Assembly (NCBI GenBank): GCA_963803805.1
Contig: CAWDOD010000002.1
Location: forward strand, 896,001 to 960,000
Direction: 5' to 3'
Origin: an uncultured cyanobacterium
GTDB taxonomy: Bacteria > Cyanobacteriota > Cyanobacteriia > Cyanobacteriales > CAWCAG01
Length of the DNA: 64,000 bases
Shown here: piece after piece, positions 30,916-41,265 of the stretch
Numbering within the stretch: position 1 is the stretch's first letter
Layout of the letters: each line of letters begins with the position of its first letter
Program-made: the position numbers and the translations under genes
Notes under the pieces: model-generated
Told to the model about the DNA's origin: nothing
The model's input: only the letters and a program-made list of their open reading frames with translations
Databases searched by the model: none

Positions 30916-31680
30916 CTGTACGTAGTGACTCCGTAAACAAAGGAATTGAGTATTAAGTGGCTTATGGAGAGATGGTTATTTCTTGAGCTGTAGATAATAA
31001 ATTTGCATTCAGCAAAACAACTTTGTTAACTCACCTCTTGGAGGAGGGAGGGAAGTTTAAGCTTGTAGGTAATACTAGCATTTTTTTCTCACACAACACT
31101 ACAAAAGTTGATATAGAAGTATCGCTAGGTACTACTGTATGAGAATCGATATTTCTGGTATCGCTGAAGGTATAGTTACTCCTTGATTTAACCTTATACA
31201 TAAGAGAAGTAAACATCACTCAAGCAGTAATTTGAGCTAGATTTAGCTTATCTCGTTACTTATTTAGACGAGCTTCAAGAATAAAAGGTTCATAATTCTT
31301 AGGGGCCCAAAAGAGGTATTCTTGTGCAGAGTCCTTAAGTAAGTAATACTGGGCTTCTCATTCCTCCTTAATCCTATGATGCCTCAGAGATCGCTCAATT
31401 ATAAAGGTGCGGTTGGTGTGGATCGCCGAACTATTAAACAGCTATAATTAAAAGCTTACTTTTTCTCAGCTAAATCTCAGTTAAATGTGGTTGTGTCAGT
31501 TGTTGAGGAACAGTTATCAACTCTCAACTATTAGAGCTGTCCATAAATCAAGAAAGCAAGTAGGAGTAAGGATTTAAGCAGATTAACATCTGTTTTGAGC
31601 AGAGTAGCATTTTTCCTGTTGTTCGTAGAGAAAGGCATTATTAGCATAGGCTTTTCCCTACTCAAAACTCAAGTCAAACA

Positions 31681-31711
31681 TCTCCTCTTGGAGCTTGTAT
31701 CCAAGAGGAGG
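31681..31711 (-). terminator. Hairpin after the dehydrogenase stop
   Basis: CTCCTCTTGGA...TCCAAGAGGAG. Confidence 0.55.
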
Positions 31712-31731
31712 TAGGCTTTGTCAATGATTAA

Positions 31732-32901
31732 TCATGGTTTAAGAATAACCTTAATACAGTCATCTTTTTTTTCTTTGAAAATTTCATAGCCTTTAGGCGC
31801 TTCTTCTAAATTCATACGATGGCTGATGATATAAGAAGGATCAATCTCACCATTTTGAATCCGTTCTAACAGAGGCTGCAAATACTTTTGGACATGGGTT
31901 TGACCAGATCTTAAAGTCAGAGCTTTATTAACAATCGCTCCTAATGGTATATGGTCTACATAACCACCATAAACTCCCGGAATTGAAACTGTACCACCTT
32001 TACGGCAAGCCATGATTGCTTCCCTTAGAGCTATAGGTCTGCCTGTTTCTATGCCTAACTTTTGTTTAGCTTTATCATAAAAAGCCATAGCATCCGTACC
32101 ATGGGCTTCCATACCCACTGCCTCAATGCAACTGTCTGGACCTCTGCCATTTGTCATTTCGTCGAGGGCTTCTAAGACATTTACTTCTTCATAGTTAAGC
32201 ACCTCAGCTTTGCTTTGTTCTTTGGCCATTTGCAACCGTTCAGGAAGGCGATCAATAGCAATTACCCGTTCTGCCCCCAACATATAGGCACTTCTAATCG
32301 CAAACTGTCCTACCGGACCGCAGCCCCAAACGGCTACAGTATCTCCTGGTTCAATATCGGCATTTTCTGCCGCCATGTAGCCAGTGGGAAAGATATCCGT
32401 TAAAAATAAAACTTGTTCGTCTGTCAAACCGGAGGGAATTTTCAGCGGACCGACATCAGCATAAGGGATGCGGGCATATTCCGCCTGACCGCCTGCAAAG
32501 CCACCAAAGGTATGGGAATAGCCAAATAGCCCAGCAGAGGCGTGACCATAGGATTCTTTAGCCATTTCCTTATTGGGATTAGAATTATCGCATAGCGACC
32601 ATAAATCCCGTTGGCAAAAGAAACAGCTACCACAGGAGATAGTAAATGGTACGACGATGCGATCGCCTTTTTTTAAGTTGTTAACTCCTTTACCCGTCTC
32701 AACCACTTCACCCATAAATTCATGACCAAGAACATCCCCTGACTCCATAGTTGGGATGTTACCTGCATAGATATGCAAGTCAGAACCACAAATTGCTGTT
32801 GAGGTAATTTTAATAACAGCATCTCGGTCATCTTCTATTTTTGGGTCGGGTATATTGTCTACCCGTACGTCATTGGCACCATGCCAGCATAAAGCTTTCA
32901 T
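31732..32901 (-). CDS. Zinc-dependent alcohol/formaldehyde dehydrogenase (YbdR-like)
   Basis: ICGSDLH, GHEFMG, CGSCFFC, WGCGPVG. Confidence 0.9.
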   Translation of the reverse strand: MKALCWHGANDVRVDNIPDPKIEDDRDAVIKITSTAICGSDLHIYAGNIPTMESGDVLGHEFMGEVVETGKGVNNLKKGDRIVVPFTISCGSCFFCQRDLWSLCDNSNPNKEMAKESYGHASAGLFGYSHTFGGFAGGQAEYARIPYADVGPLKIPSGLTDEQVLFLTDIFPTGYMAAENADIEPGDTVAVWGCGPVGQFAIRSAYMLGAERVIAIDRLPERLQMAKEQSKAEVLNYEEVNVLEALDEMTNGRGPDSCIEAVGMEAHGTDAMAFYDKAKQKLGIETGRPIALREAIMACRKGGTVSIPGVYGGYVDHIPLGAIVNKALTLRSGQTHVQKYLQPLLERIQNGEIDPSYIISHRMNLEEAPKGYEIFKEKKDDCIKVILKP

Positions 32902-32969
32902 CGTATCTAAATTATCCTAATAAACTGTAGTGCGGTTGTAGCAAAAGCCTAAACTTGACTTCCTAAAGG

Positions 32970-33707
32970 TTAAAGTTCTTGCTCTGTAGGACGAATAATC
33001 ATTTCGTTAACATCAACATCCCCTGGCTGTTCAATGGCAAAAGTAATAGCACGGGCGATCGCATCGGCATCTATAGCTATGGAATACAGTTCATTAACGT
33101 TTTTGGCCGTCTCTTCATCAGAGATTGTATTAGTTAATTCTGTATCTACAGCACCAGGGGAGATATTTGTTGAACGAATTTCACCATTGGATTCTAGTCT
33201 AATTCCTTCAGAGATTGCTTTAACAGCAAACTTGGTAGCACAATAAACTGTACCCCCAGGAAAGACTTTATGTCCTGCTACTGAGGATATATTAATTATA
33301 TGGCCAGATTTTTGTTGCCGCATAATGGGCAATACTGCTGCAATGCTGTATAGCACTCCTTTGATGTTGACATCTACCATTTTTTCCCACTCATCTACCT
33401 TGATTTCAGCTAAAGGAGATAGGGGCATCAAACCGGCATTGTTTACTAAAACATCTATACGTTCATAAGCCTGCTGGGTTGCTTTGGCTAAGGCTTCTAC
33501 ACTAGAGCGATCACTAACATCTGTTAGCTGGTATTTAGCTGTACCGCCATCTTTTTCAATATCAGAAACTAATTCTTTAAGACGCTCTTCTCGTCGAGCA
33601 GCAAGCATTAACTTAGCCCCGTTTTTCCCTAGCCGACGGGCAGTAGCTTCACCAAGCCCACTACTTGCTCCTGTAATAATAACAACTTTGTTTTGTATTT
33701 CAGACAT
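32970..33707 (-). CDS. Short-chain dehydrogenase/reductase (SDR)
   Basis: TGASSGLG, NNAG, YCATK; start taken at MSEIQ (ORF track 33719). Confidence 0.9.
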   Translation of the reverse strand: MSEIQNKVVIITGASSGLGEATARRLGKNGAKLMLAARREERLKELVSDIEKDGGTAKYQLTDVSDRSSVEALAKATQQAYERIDVLVNNAGLMPLSPLAEIKVDEWEKMVDVNIKGVLYSIAAVLPIMRQQKSGHIINISSVAGHKVFPGGTVYCATKFAVKAISEGIRLESNGEIRSTNISPGAVDTELTNTISDEETAKNVNELYSIAIDADAIARAITFAIEQPGDVDVNEMIIRPTEQEL

Positions 33708-33719
33708 AGTTAATACCAT

Positions 33720-33747
33720 TTATCAATTATCAATTATCAATTATCAA
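33720..33747. repeat. TTATCAA heptamer x4 (STRR-type)
   Basis: ttatcaattatcaattatcaattatcaa. Confidence 0.8.
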
Positions 33748-35651
33748 CTCAAAAGGTCATCATTTAAAGGAAAATCAGGATTAGCTTCTGCCACAGAAGC
33801 ATACTCAGGTTTATCCCACTTAGCGGCAGGAATGGAGGCGATGAGTTTGCGAGTATATTCCTTTTCTGGTGCGCGGTAAATTTGTTCGGCGGGGGCAATT
33901 TCTTCGATTTGACCTTTATTCATTACCATAATGCGATCGCTCATAAATTTAACGACGCTTAAGTCATGAGAGATGAAAATATAGGTTAAACGGAATTCTT
34001 CTTGTAATTCTTTCAATAGGTTAAGGACTTGGGCTTGAATGGAGACATCAAGGGCAGAAACAGATTCGTCACAAATGATAAATTTAGGATTAAGTGCCAA
34101 TGCACGGGCGATACAAACTCTTTGGCGTTGTCCTCCAGAAAATTCGTGGGGATAGCGATTACTCCAAGCAGGATTTAAACCTACCCGATCTAAGAGGTAA
34201 GCAACTCTTTCTTGGCGCTGACGCTTATTTTGACCCCATTTATGAATGGTAAGGGGTTCTAGGATCGTTTTACCAATATTGCGACGGGGGTTGAGGGAAT
34301 TATAGGGATTTTGGAAAACAATTTGTAGATCACTTCTCAAGCGACGCAAACCTTTTCCTTTTAAGTTGGTTATATCTCGTCCTTCAAAAATAATCTGCCC
34401 TTGCATTTCTTTGTTTAACCGTAGCAAGGTACGGGCTAAGGTGGATTTGCCACAACCTGATTCCCCCACTAAACCCAAGGTTTCACCAGGATAGACAGCA
34501 AAAGAGACTCCGTTAACAGCGATGAAATAGCGTTTTGTTTGCCCTAAAACTCCTTTTAAAGGGAAGCCTACATGGAGATTTTTTACTTCCAATAAAGGAG
34601 GAGAGGAAGATGAGTCGGAAATTTCTTGGCTACCATTATTGACGATCTTAGGTTCAACCGGGAGAGCCGTAGTTTTTTCAATAATGATTAATCCCCCATT
34701 ACTATCTTGAGATACTTCCATAAAATCGGAAACGGTTGGTAATTGTTCTGCTTGACTATCTAAACTGGGGCGACAAGCTAATAAACCTTTAGTGTAGGGA
34801 TGGTTAGGACGAACAAAAATATCTTCTACTGTTCCCTCTTCTACAATTTTCCCTTGATACATTACCGCTACATGATCAGCAATTTCCGCGATCACCCCTA
34901 AGTCATGGGTAATAAAAATCATCGACATACCACGGGCAGAACATAATTCTCGTAATAAATCTAAGATAGTTGCTTGTACTGTGACATCCAGGGCTGTGGT
35001 GGGTTCATCAGCGATTAATAAGGTAGGATTGCAAGCAATAGCCATAGCAATCATCACCCTTTGTAGTTGTCCTCCTGAGAGTTCGTGGGGATAGCGTTTC
35101 AGGAGCGCCCGTTTGTGTTCATTAATATATTCATTGATGGCGCGCTCACTGTTTGTGGGGCCATATTCTACTAAATAAGTTTCCCGCAACTTTTCGTCCC
35201 TAGGAAGCAATTTAACTTCTTGAAGCCGGGCGATCGCCTGTCGTCTTGCTTCAACAGGGGATACATTTTGATGTAAGAGAATTGCTTCGGTAATCTGAAA
35301 ACCAATGTTATATACCGGGTTCAAAGAACTCATGGGTTCTTGGAAAATCATGGCGATCTCCTTACCCCGGTAATGCCTTCTTTGTTCTTCTGGCAAGGTT
35401 TCTAGGTTAACTGCAGGAGCATCAGTCGAGGAAGTGAACCAAATTTCTCCCCCTGCCACAATTCCTGGTTTAGGAACCAAACCCATAATCCCTAAAGATG
35501 TAACGGATTTACCTGAACCAGATTCTCCGACAATACCTAAAGTTTGCCCCCTAGTTAGCTGAAAATCAATACCATCAACTGCCGAAATGACTCTACCTTG
35601 ACTAACAAATTGAACTTTTAGGTTGCGAACATCTAAAACATTATCAGTCAT
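33744..35651 (-). CDS. Dipeptide/oligopeptide ABC transporter ATP-binding protein with two ATPase domains
   Basis: GESGSGKS and GESGCGKS Walker A motifs; LSGGQ/FSGGQ; HPYTKGLL. Confidence 0.9.
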   Translation of the reverse strand: MTDNVLDVRNLKVQFVSQGRVISAVDGIDFQLTRGQTLGIVGESGSGKSVTSLGIMGLVPKPGIVAGGEIWFTSSTDAPAVNLETLPEEQRRHYRGKEIAMIFQEPMSSLNPVYNIGFQITEAILLHQNVSPVEARRQAIARLQEVKLLPRDEKLRETYLVEYGPTNSERAINEYINEHKRALLKRYPHELSGGQLQRVMIAMAIACNPTLLIADEPTTALDVTVQATILDLLRELCSARGMSMIFITHDLGVIAEIADHVAVMYQGKIVEEGTVEDIFVRPNHPYTKGLLACRPSLDSQAEQLPTVSDFMEVSQDSNGGLIIIEKTTALPVEPKIVNNGSQEISDSSSSPPLLEVKNLHVGFPLKGVLGQTKRYFIAVNGVSFAVYPGETLGLVGESGCGKSTLARTLLRLNKEMQGQIIFEGRDITNLKGKGLRRLRSDLQIVFQNPYNSLNPRRNIGKTILEPLTIHKWGQNKRQRQERVAYLLDRVGLNPAWSNRYPHEFSGGQRQRVCIARALALNPKFIICDESVSALDVSIQAQVLNLLKELQEEFRLTYIFISHDLSVVKFMSDRIMVMNKGQIEEIAPAEQIYRAPEKEYTRKLIASIPAAKWDKPEYASVAEANPDFPLNDDLLS

Positions 35652-35718
35652 AGCTTTGGCAGTTAGTAGGTTATTAAGTTTAGTTTAAGAGAAGTATCTG
35701 ACAATTTAGCATTTTCTC

Positions 35719-36639
35719 TTACTTTTGCTGTATTAAAGTAGAACCGACAGGACAAATCATGTTTCCTTTAGTATCGAGGGTATCTAAATCTATAACAGGG
35801 GGAGTAAGCGAAGGTTCGTTTGTTCGACAGATTCCCATTACAATAGCTTCTTCTTCAGTAACAAAAATAGCGCCAGTATAGCTAGGAAGTTCTGCTTCAG
35901 TAGGTATAGCGGTTATGAAAATTTTTTGATCATCATTTGTGGGAGAGTCAATGCCATAGCGATAGAACTGACTTTCTAAGGTAGCAACAATACCCATTTG
36001 TTCAAGGTTAGTGGCAAACTTACCCCTCTCTTCAAAATAACTCTGTTGGGCTAATCCTAGAATATTGATGTATTGTACGGGAATGCTGGGTTGAGTTGCA
36101 CTATCAAACTCTTCTGGAGCAATAATTTCAACATCTTCAGGTAATTCAAGTCCCTCAGAAATCTTCGTAAATAAAAGCGCTTCTGAAGTTAATTTTTCGG
36201 GGCGAGTTTCTCCAGGAGAAGTGTTTTCGATACGTAACTTATCTTCACCCGCTAACTCAAATATTGTTGAACTTGTATCTTGATCACTAAAAAAAATATC
36301 TAATTCTTGAGGTTGTGTTTTCCCGTTAATTCGATAACTGGCTTCCAGGGCAACATTCTTTTCCCCTTCTGCAAAAACCAGGAATAACTTGCCTTCAGGG
36401 GCAAAAATCATGATTAAGGTTTCATCCGTATCTGGATCTTGAGTTTGCCATTGCCCCAATAATTGTTGGATTACAGCCTCTGTTTCTCCAGCTTCGGCCT
36501 CAGCTTGATTTTGGCGAAAAGGTGGCTGGGCAACAACGGGGGAACTGCTAGTTATCCCCAACACTAAACAACCAAGGAAAGCTAATTTATACCATTTATC
36601 ATTGTTGGCGTAAGCCTTGCCGTAGGCTACATTTATCAT
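35719..36639 (-). CDS. Exported protein with C-terminal type IV pilin-like G/H domain
   Basis: Signal-like N-terminus; AQQSYFEERGKFATNLEQMG...LPSYTGAI...ICRT...CPVGS. Confidence 0.7.
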   Translation of the reverse strand: MINVAYGKAYANNDKWYKLAFLGCLVLGITSSSPVVAQPPFRQNQAEAEAGETEAVIQQLLGQWQTQDPDTDETLIMIFAPEGKLFLVFAEGEKNVALEASYRINGKTQPQELDIFFSDQDTSSTIFELAGEDKLRIENTSPGETRPEKLTSEALLFTKISEGLELPEDVEIIAPEEFDSATQPSIPVQYINILGLAQQSYFEERGKFATNLEQMGIVATLESQFYRYGIDSPTNDDQKIFITAIPTEAELPSYTGAIFVTEEEAIVMGICRTNEPSLTPPVIDLDTLDTKGNMICPVGSTLIQQK

Positions 36640-36867
36640 TTGTTATTAATAATATAGGGTCGTGCTGAACAAATAATACCAAATCCGATTTACCAATATC
36701 CCTGTCTAAAATAGCCATAGTTTCCTTTGTATATCAAGTTAAATGCTTCAGCAAAAGGAATCTGTGCCAAGGGGACTCTGTATAATGACAGACCACTAGT
36801 TTCTTAATCTATCGCTAACCAGACCTATTGTTGGTAGTCTAAACTCCAGTCAAGAAGCTAGGAAAAT

Positions 36868-36922
36868 AAAAAAAATCCCTAGCCTAAGCCAGGGACATAT
36901 TAACCATCAGGGTGCATCTACT
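36868..36922 (-). ncRNA. NsiR1-like small RNA, copy 1
   Basis: Minus strand AGTAGATGCACCCTGATGG...TCCCTGGC-TTAG-GCTAGGGA-T8; TCCGGA at 36953-36958 (~-35). Confidence 0.65.
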
Positions 36923-36981
36923 ACTCTTTTATTTCTTAGCTTCGTTTTCTATTCCGGATAATTTAAAAACTAGTTAAAAAG

Positions 36982-37033
36982 AAAAAAATCCCCCGACTGA
37001 AGCCGGAGGAGGAATTACCAGGTTGCATCTACC
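36982..37033 (-). ncRNA. NsiR1-like small RNA, copy 2
   Basis: Minus strand GGTAGATGCAACCTGG...TCCTCCGGC-TTCA-GTCGGGGGA-T7; TCCGGA at 37064-37069 (~-35). Confidence 0.65.
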
Positions 37034-37537
37034 ACTTCTTTATTGCATAGTATTTCTTTGATTTCCGGACAAATTTAAAAAAGGATTCTGCTGAAGACTA
37101 AAATGGTAATTCTTTTGACTAGCTGTAACTATTTTAAGTACCAAATTATACTTTTAAGTAATCTTTCTTTTTATTAATACAGAGCTTAGCTCTTATCAAC
37201 TGACTTTGAAGCACTAACTATTTGAGATCAACTTTTAGTTGTGACATAGATCGTGGCTGTAAAATCACTTATTACTCTAAGATGGTTTTGATACAGAAAA
37301 CCGTGAATTTTCTCATTAAGAACTTTCCGCAGCTACTTCAATTTTGCTTAAACAATTGATAAGTAAAACCATTTTTAAATTTCCTTAGTCTCTAATTAAC
37401 CTAATCGGGAGAAGTAAAATAGGTTTTCTGAGAAAAATCGCAATCTAGTCAACTTTGTTGAGATTTTTATAGTTATTAAAAGCAAGTTGAAGTCCTTAAA
37501 ATCATAGCTAAAATTTATTTATGCTCAGGCAATAACA

Positions 37538-38017
37538 ATGATTCAACTAAAAGAATCACTAGCCCCAAATAAAACTTTTATAATGCCTCGTCTTATGGGA
37601 GCTAATCTTCATAAAGCTCAACTAGAACAAGCTCGACTCATGGAGGCCGATCTGATTCAAGCTAATCTAGTAGGAGCAAAACTTAATCAAGCTGTTCTTA
37701 CCAGAGCAGAAATGACCGTTGCTGATTTAAGAGAGGCTGATCTAAGAGAAGCTAATCTTGAAGGGGCTAATCTTATTGGGGCTAATCTTCAGGGTGCGAA
37801 TCTTGAAGGGGCTAATCTTATTGGTGTTAAGCTTATTGGCGCTAACTTAATAGAAGCCAATCTCACTAATGCAGATTTGCGCGGTGCAGATTTAAGTGCT
37901 GCTAACTTAACAGCAACTGAAGTTAAAAATGCCCGTTTCAGAATTAATCGAGGGATAACTCCTGCAATGAAACTTGACTTGCAACAAAGAGGAGCAATTT
38001 TTGAAGTACCGAAGTAA
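37538..38017 (+). CDS. Pentapeptide repeat protein
   Basis: A(N/D)LxG(A) repeats throughout. Confidence 0.85.
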   Translation: MIQLKESLAPNKTFIMPRLMGANLHKAQLEQARLMEADLIQANLVGAKLNQAVLTRAEMTVADLREADLREANLEGANLIGANLQGANLEGANLIGVKLIGANLIEANLTNADLRGADLSAANLTATEVKNARFRINRGITPAMKLDLQQRGAIFEVPK

Positions 38018-38266
38018 TTTAAAATTGATTGGAAAGGCCCCACCATAACCAGTATCTTTTGCTGCTGTAGTATACACTATTTCTGCCGAATCTACCTTCA
38101 AGCCAGAAATATGGCGTAAATTTCCTCTAGGCCAAGGCACTGTTATGGTACTTGAACCTTCTCTTACCGGAAGCCATTTTTGCGCTCTAACTGGTAGTAA
38201 TAGATTACTTAAAGTGAGGGAACTACAAACAACCAAGTTTAGAGCTACAAATGGAAACTTAAACAT
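37907..38266 (-). CDS. Hypothetical small exported protein (3' end uncertain; overlaps the pentapeptide gene)
   Basis: Signal-peptide-like N-terminus ending VRAQ; 111-bp convergent overlap is suspicious. Confidence 0.3.
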   Translation of the reverse strand: MFKFPFVALNLVVCSSLTLSNLLLPVRAQKWLPVREGSSTITVPWPRGNLRHISGLKVDSAEIVYTTAAKDTGYGGAFPINFKLLRYFKNCSSLLQVKFHCRSYPSINSETGIFNFSCC

Positions 38267-38369
38267 CTAAGAAATCTAGGTTTTAGATTGACTAATTTGT
38301 TTTCAACAATAACAATTTACTAGTCAATCATTACAAGCAAGGGAATATTGATGCTTTTGTTAACTATTC

Positions 38370-38564
38370 TTAGGCTGATTTAAGCTCGCTAACTGCTAGA
38401 TACTCAGTTACTGATCGTTTCATTTTAGGCATTTTTAGCCAGCGGCTGCCAGTGTTGCGATGTATACCGACAGTTCGAGATGCTTTGGTAATACTTCCGC
38501 TATTACAGTAAACGACCAAGAAAGTTTTTTGTTGTTCTGTTAGATCTGTGGTTCTCTTATACAT
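38370..38564 (-). CDS. Small helix-turn-helix protein (phage terminase-small-subunit/phBC6A51-like HTH)
   Basis: LTEQQKTFL...GSITKASRTVGIHRNTGSRWLK. Confidence 0.55.
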   Translation of the reverse strand: MYKRTTDLTEQQKTFLVVYCNSGSITKASRTVGIHRNTGSRWLKMPKMKRSVTEYLAVSELKSA

Positions 38565-38791
38565 GATGATCTCTGACCTGCTCTAGTTTCTATATTCTTA
38601 GTATCCCTAGTAGGTTTTTGAGATCACGTTCGCGATCATGTTTGATTTATGAATAACTTAGCTATGGTATGTATAACTTTAATAAAGTAGATAAAAAAAC
38701 TCTATTTTTCTTGCCAACAAGTTGATGTAGAAATTTTGAAGCCCAACTTTTCCCCTCTAGAAATACCAAAAAGAGGTAATATATCTTAGTT

Positions 38792-39673
38792 TTAAAAATC
38801 AATTACTGATACACTCATGCCTTCACAAGCCAAGATTGCATTAGGAAATACACTTTGAATCTTGTCTTTCATTTTGTCAAGCAAGTCATCGCTGTGTTCG
38901 GGAGAATACATCGAAAGGATCAGCTTTTTTACTTTTGTTTCTTTAGCGATACTGACTAAATTATGCCAAGCTGATTGTTCTTTACTAGGCAAAAATTTAG
39001 GTGCATTTAAAATTAATAAGTCTGCTTGGTTGGCTAAATGAATGAGGCTGGGACTAGGATGATCTGAAGAGTAGGGTATATCCGTGGCGCAAACGGCAGA
39101 GTAACCTTGCCAGTTGACGCGGTAAGCAACAGAACGATGGGGATAATTGAGAGGAATCGTTTCTACGGTAACATCCCCTAAACAATGCTTTTTGTCTTCA
39201 GCAAGGCTATAAAACTTTAGTTCTGACTGCATTACTCCAATAGGTACAGGGAAATTAGGCTGAGTCATTTGTTCCTGTAAGCGTTCTTCAAAAGAAGAAC
39301 CGTTAGCAGCCGTTGCTCCATAAATATAAAAACTGTTACCAGGAATAAAAGCCGGTACAAAAAAGGGAAACCCTTGAATCCGATCCCAATGACAGTGAGT
39401 AAAAAACATATGAGCCTTGACTGGCATTTTAGATAGCAAACTATTACCTAGTTTGCGTACTCCTGTACCGCTATCAAAAATCAGAAAAGTCTCTCCTACT
39501 TGCATTGTGATACAAGCGGTATTACCACCATAGCGAATCGCATTTTTTCCAGGGGTAGCAACCTTTGCTCTCACACCCCAAAACTTTACAGCAAATTTAC
39601 CGACAGAGTTGATCTGCTGATTATTTGTTTTCGGTGGTTTCGGTTTCGGTGCTGCTGGCTCTAGTTCTGCCAT
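38792..39673 (-). CDS. MBL-fold metallo-hydrolase with degenerate metal motifs
   Basis: FWGVRA, YGGNTAC, DSGTG, THCHWDRIQGFPFF. Confidence 0.85.
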   Translation of the reverse strand: MAELEPAAPKPKPPKTNNQQINSVGKFAVKFWGVRAKVATPGKNAIRYGGNTACITMQVGETFLIFDSGTGVRKLGNSLLSKMPVKAHMFFTHCHWDRIQGFPFFVPAFIPGNSFYIYGATAANGSSFEERLQEQMTQPNFPVPIGVMQSELKFYSLAEDKKHCLGDVTVETIPLNYPHRSVAYRVNWQGYSAVCATDIPYSSDHPSPSLIHLANQADLLILNAPKFLPSKEQSAWHNLVSIAKETKVKKLILSMYSPEHSDDLLDKMKDKIQSVFPNAILACEGMSVSVIDF

Positions 39674-40058
39674 TTTTTTGCTTAAGTTAGCCCTTTAGTT
39701 AGCAGCTTAATTGCAAAGCATTTACTTTGACCTGATTAAAATTTACTCGTTTGGAGCAAAGAACCCTCAACGGGTAAGGGTGTAGAATTTCTCTTAGGAA
39801 GTTACGACCCATGACAAAAATAGTAACGCTTTAAAATGAATTGCCAAAGTATCTGGCTTTTTATGAGATAGATTTCCCTAATTTTTGATTTACTAGCACC
39901 CTTAACTTCGTCAGGAAGCTTTAGCTTAATGTTGATAGATTTTAGCACTATGGCAAAACCTAGTTTGTGAGTTTTATCTTAGCGCTGTTGATAACTATAG
40001 CTTGTGAGTTACATCACAAACTTTAGGTTGATCAGGATTATACATCAAGAAAACTTAC

Positions 40059-40568
40059 TTAGCTGAAAGCTTGTATACATTGTTTTACTAAAGGAGTAAC
40101 TCTATCAACATTTTGCCAACCTAAAATTTCTGTTACCTTCTTTTCGAGATTTTTGTAAGTACGAAAAAACTCTGCTATTTCGTCTAAGCGGTGTTGTGCA
40201 ACATCTTCAAGAGATTTAACTTGAGTATAACGGGGATCTTGATCCGGTACACAAAGAATTTTTTCGTCGCGATCGCCCCCATCAATCATTTCTAGCATTC
40301 CAATCGGTCTAGCTAGAATAACACAACCTGGAAAAGTGGGCTGATCCATCATAACCATGCCATCAAGGGGATCACCATCATCAGCTAGGGTATTGGGAAT
40401 AAATCCATAGTCGTAAGGATATTGTACTGATGAGTAAAGAACTCTATCGAGGGCAAAAGCATTGAGATCCTTGTCAAACTCATACTTATTTTTACTCCCA
40501 GCAGGGATTTCAATTAAGACATTTATTAAACCAGGTTCAGGTTGAGCAGGAATACGCGATAAGTCCAC
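40059..40568 (-). CDS. ppa: Inorganic pyrophosphatase
   Basis: GTG start [25 protein letters not shown]. Confidence 0.95.
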   Translation of the reverse strand: MDLSRIPAQPEPGLINVLIEIPAGSKNKYEFDKDLNAFALDRVLYSSVQYPYDYGFIPNTLADDGDPLDGMVMMDQPTFPGCVILARPIGMLEMIDGGDRDEKILCVPDQDPRYTQVKSLEDVAQHRLDEIAEFFRTYKNLEKKVTEILGWQNVDRVTPLVKQCIQAFS

Positions 40569-40753
40569 TCTGGCAACTCCGAAAAAGCAATACGATATTA
40601 ATGCACCAAAAAGCACACTAGCCCATATTAATAGAAAAGGGTTGCACAAGGAAACACTACGAAATCTGCGGGACGGGGGTCGTGTCTTTTGTTACTGTAA
40701 GCTACAGGCAAGAGTGTAACGCTTTTCTTCTCATCCCGATTATTCCCGATAAC

Positions 40754-40933
40754 CTATTTTCGTTGTGAATAGCTAGCTTGGGGCAAGATTTCTACAGTTG
40801 CATTTGAAGAGTAAGATGCAATGACTAGTGTAGGTACTGCAAGAGTAATTAGAGCTATACAAGCACCGATAATGTCTGCCCACCGATAATTAGGAGGTTC
40901 AGAAGAGTTGCTAGACGGACTGCCAGATTCCAT
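40754..40933 (-). CDS. Small single-TM hypothetical protein (59 aa), below the ORF-track cutoff
   Basis: Manual translation MESGSPSSNSSEPPNYRWADIIGACIALITLAVPTLVIASYSSNATVEILPQASYSQRK*. Confidence 0.55.
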   Translation of the reverse strand: MESGSPSSNSSEPPNYRWADIIGACIALITLAVPTLVIASYSSNATVEILPQASYSQRK

Positions 40934-41265
40934 AAATATTTGAGACTTTAAGCTTCAGCTAATGAATAAACTACGAGGGGAGATAAATTAATATCCCTTT
41001 ATAATTGTAACTATTTATTTGCTAGTAGCTGTTCTTTTTGCAACTATTCTTAGAGATTTTGGTGGTTGGCAACCCTTTTAGTTAGGGTTTGGTCGTCAGG
41101 AGTCAGTAGACATCTCCAGAAATTCCAATTTTTGTAAGTAATTACAAGGGTTTCAGCATAATTATTGGAGAGGTCTAGTGATTAGAATTGATCCGGAGCA
41201 AGGGATTTGTAGTCTGAAAAACGATTGTATAGCAAAGATAATTTTTAATCGTTTTGGGTAAGATT

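Noticed and set aside
31031-31219. 62-aa ORF upstream of sigB
   Set aside because: No recognisable motif; lies in the probable long 5'UTR
36868-37075. Two-unit repeat as a mini-CRISPR
   Set aside because: Units are degenerate and each has promoter and terminator structure, which fits tandem sRNAs
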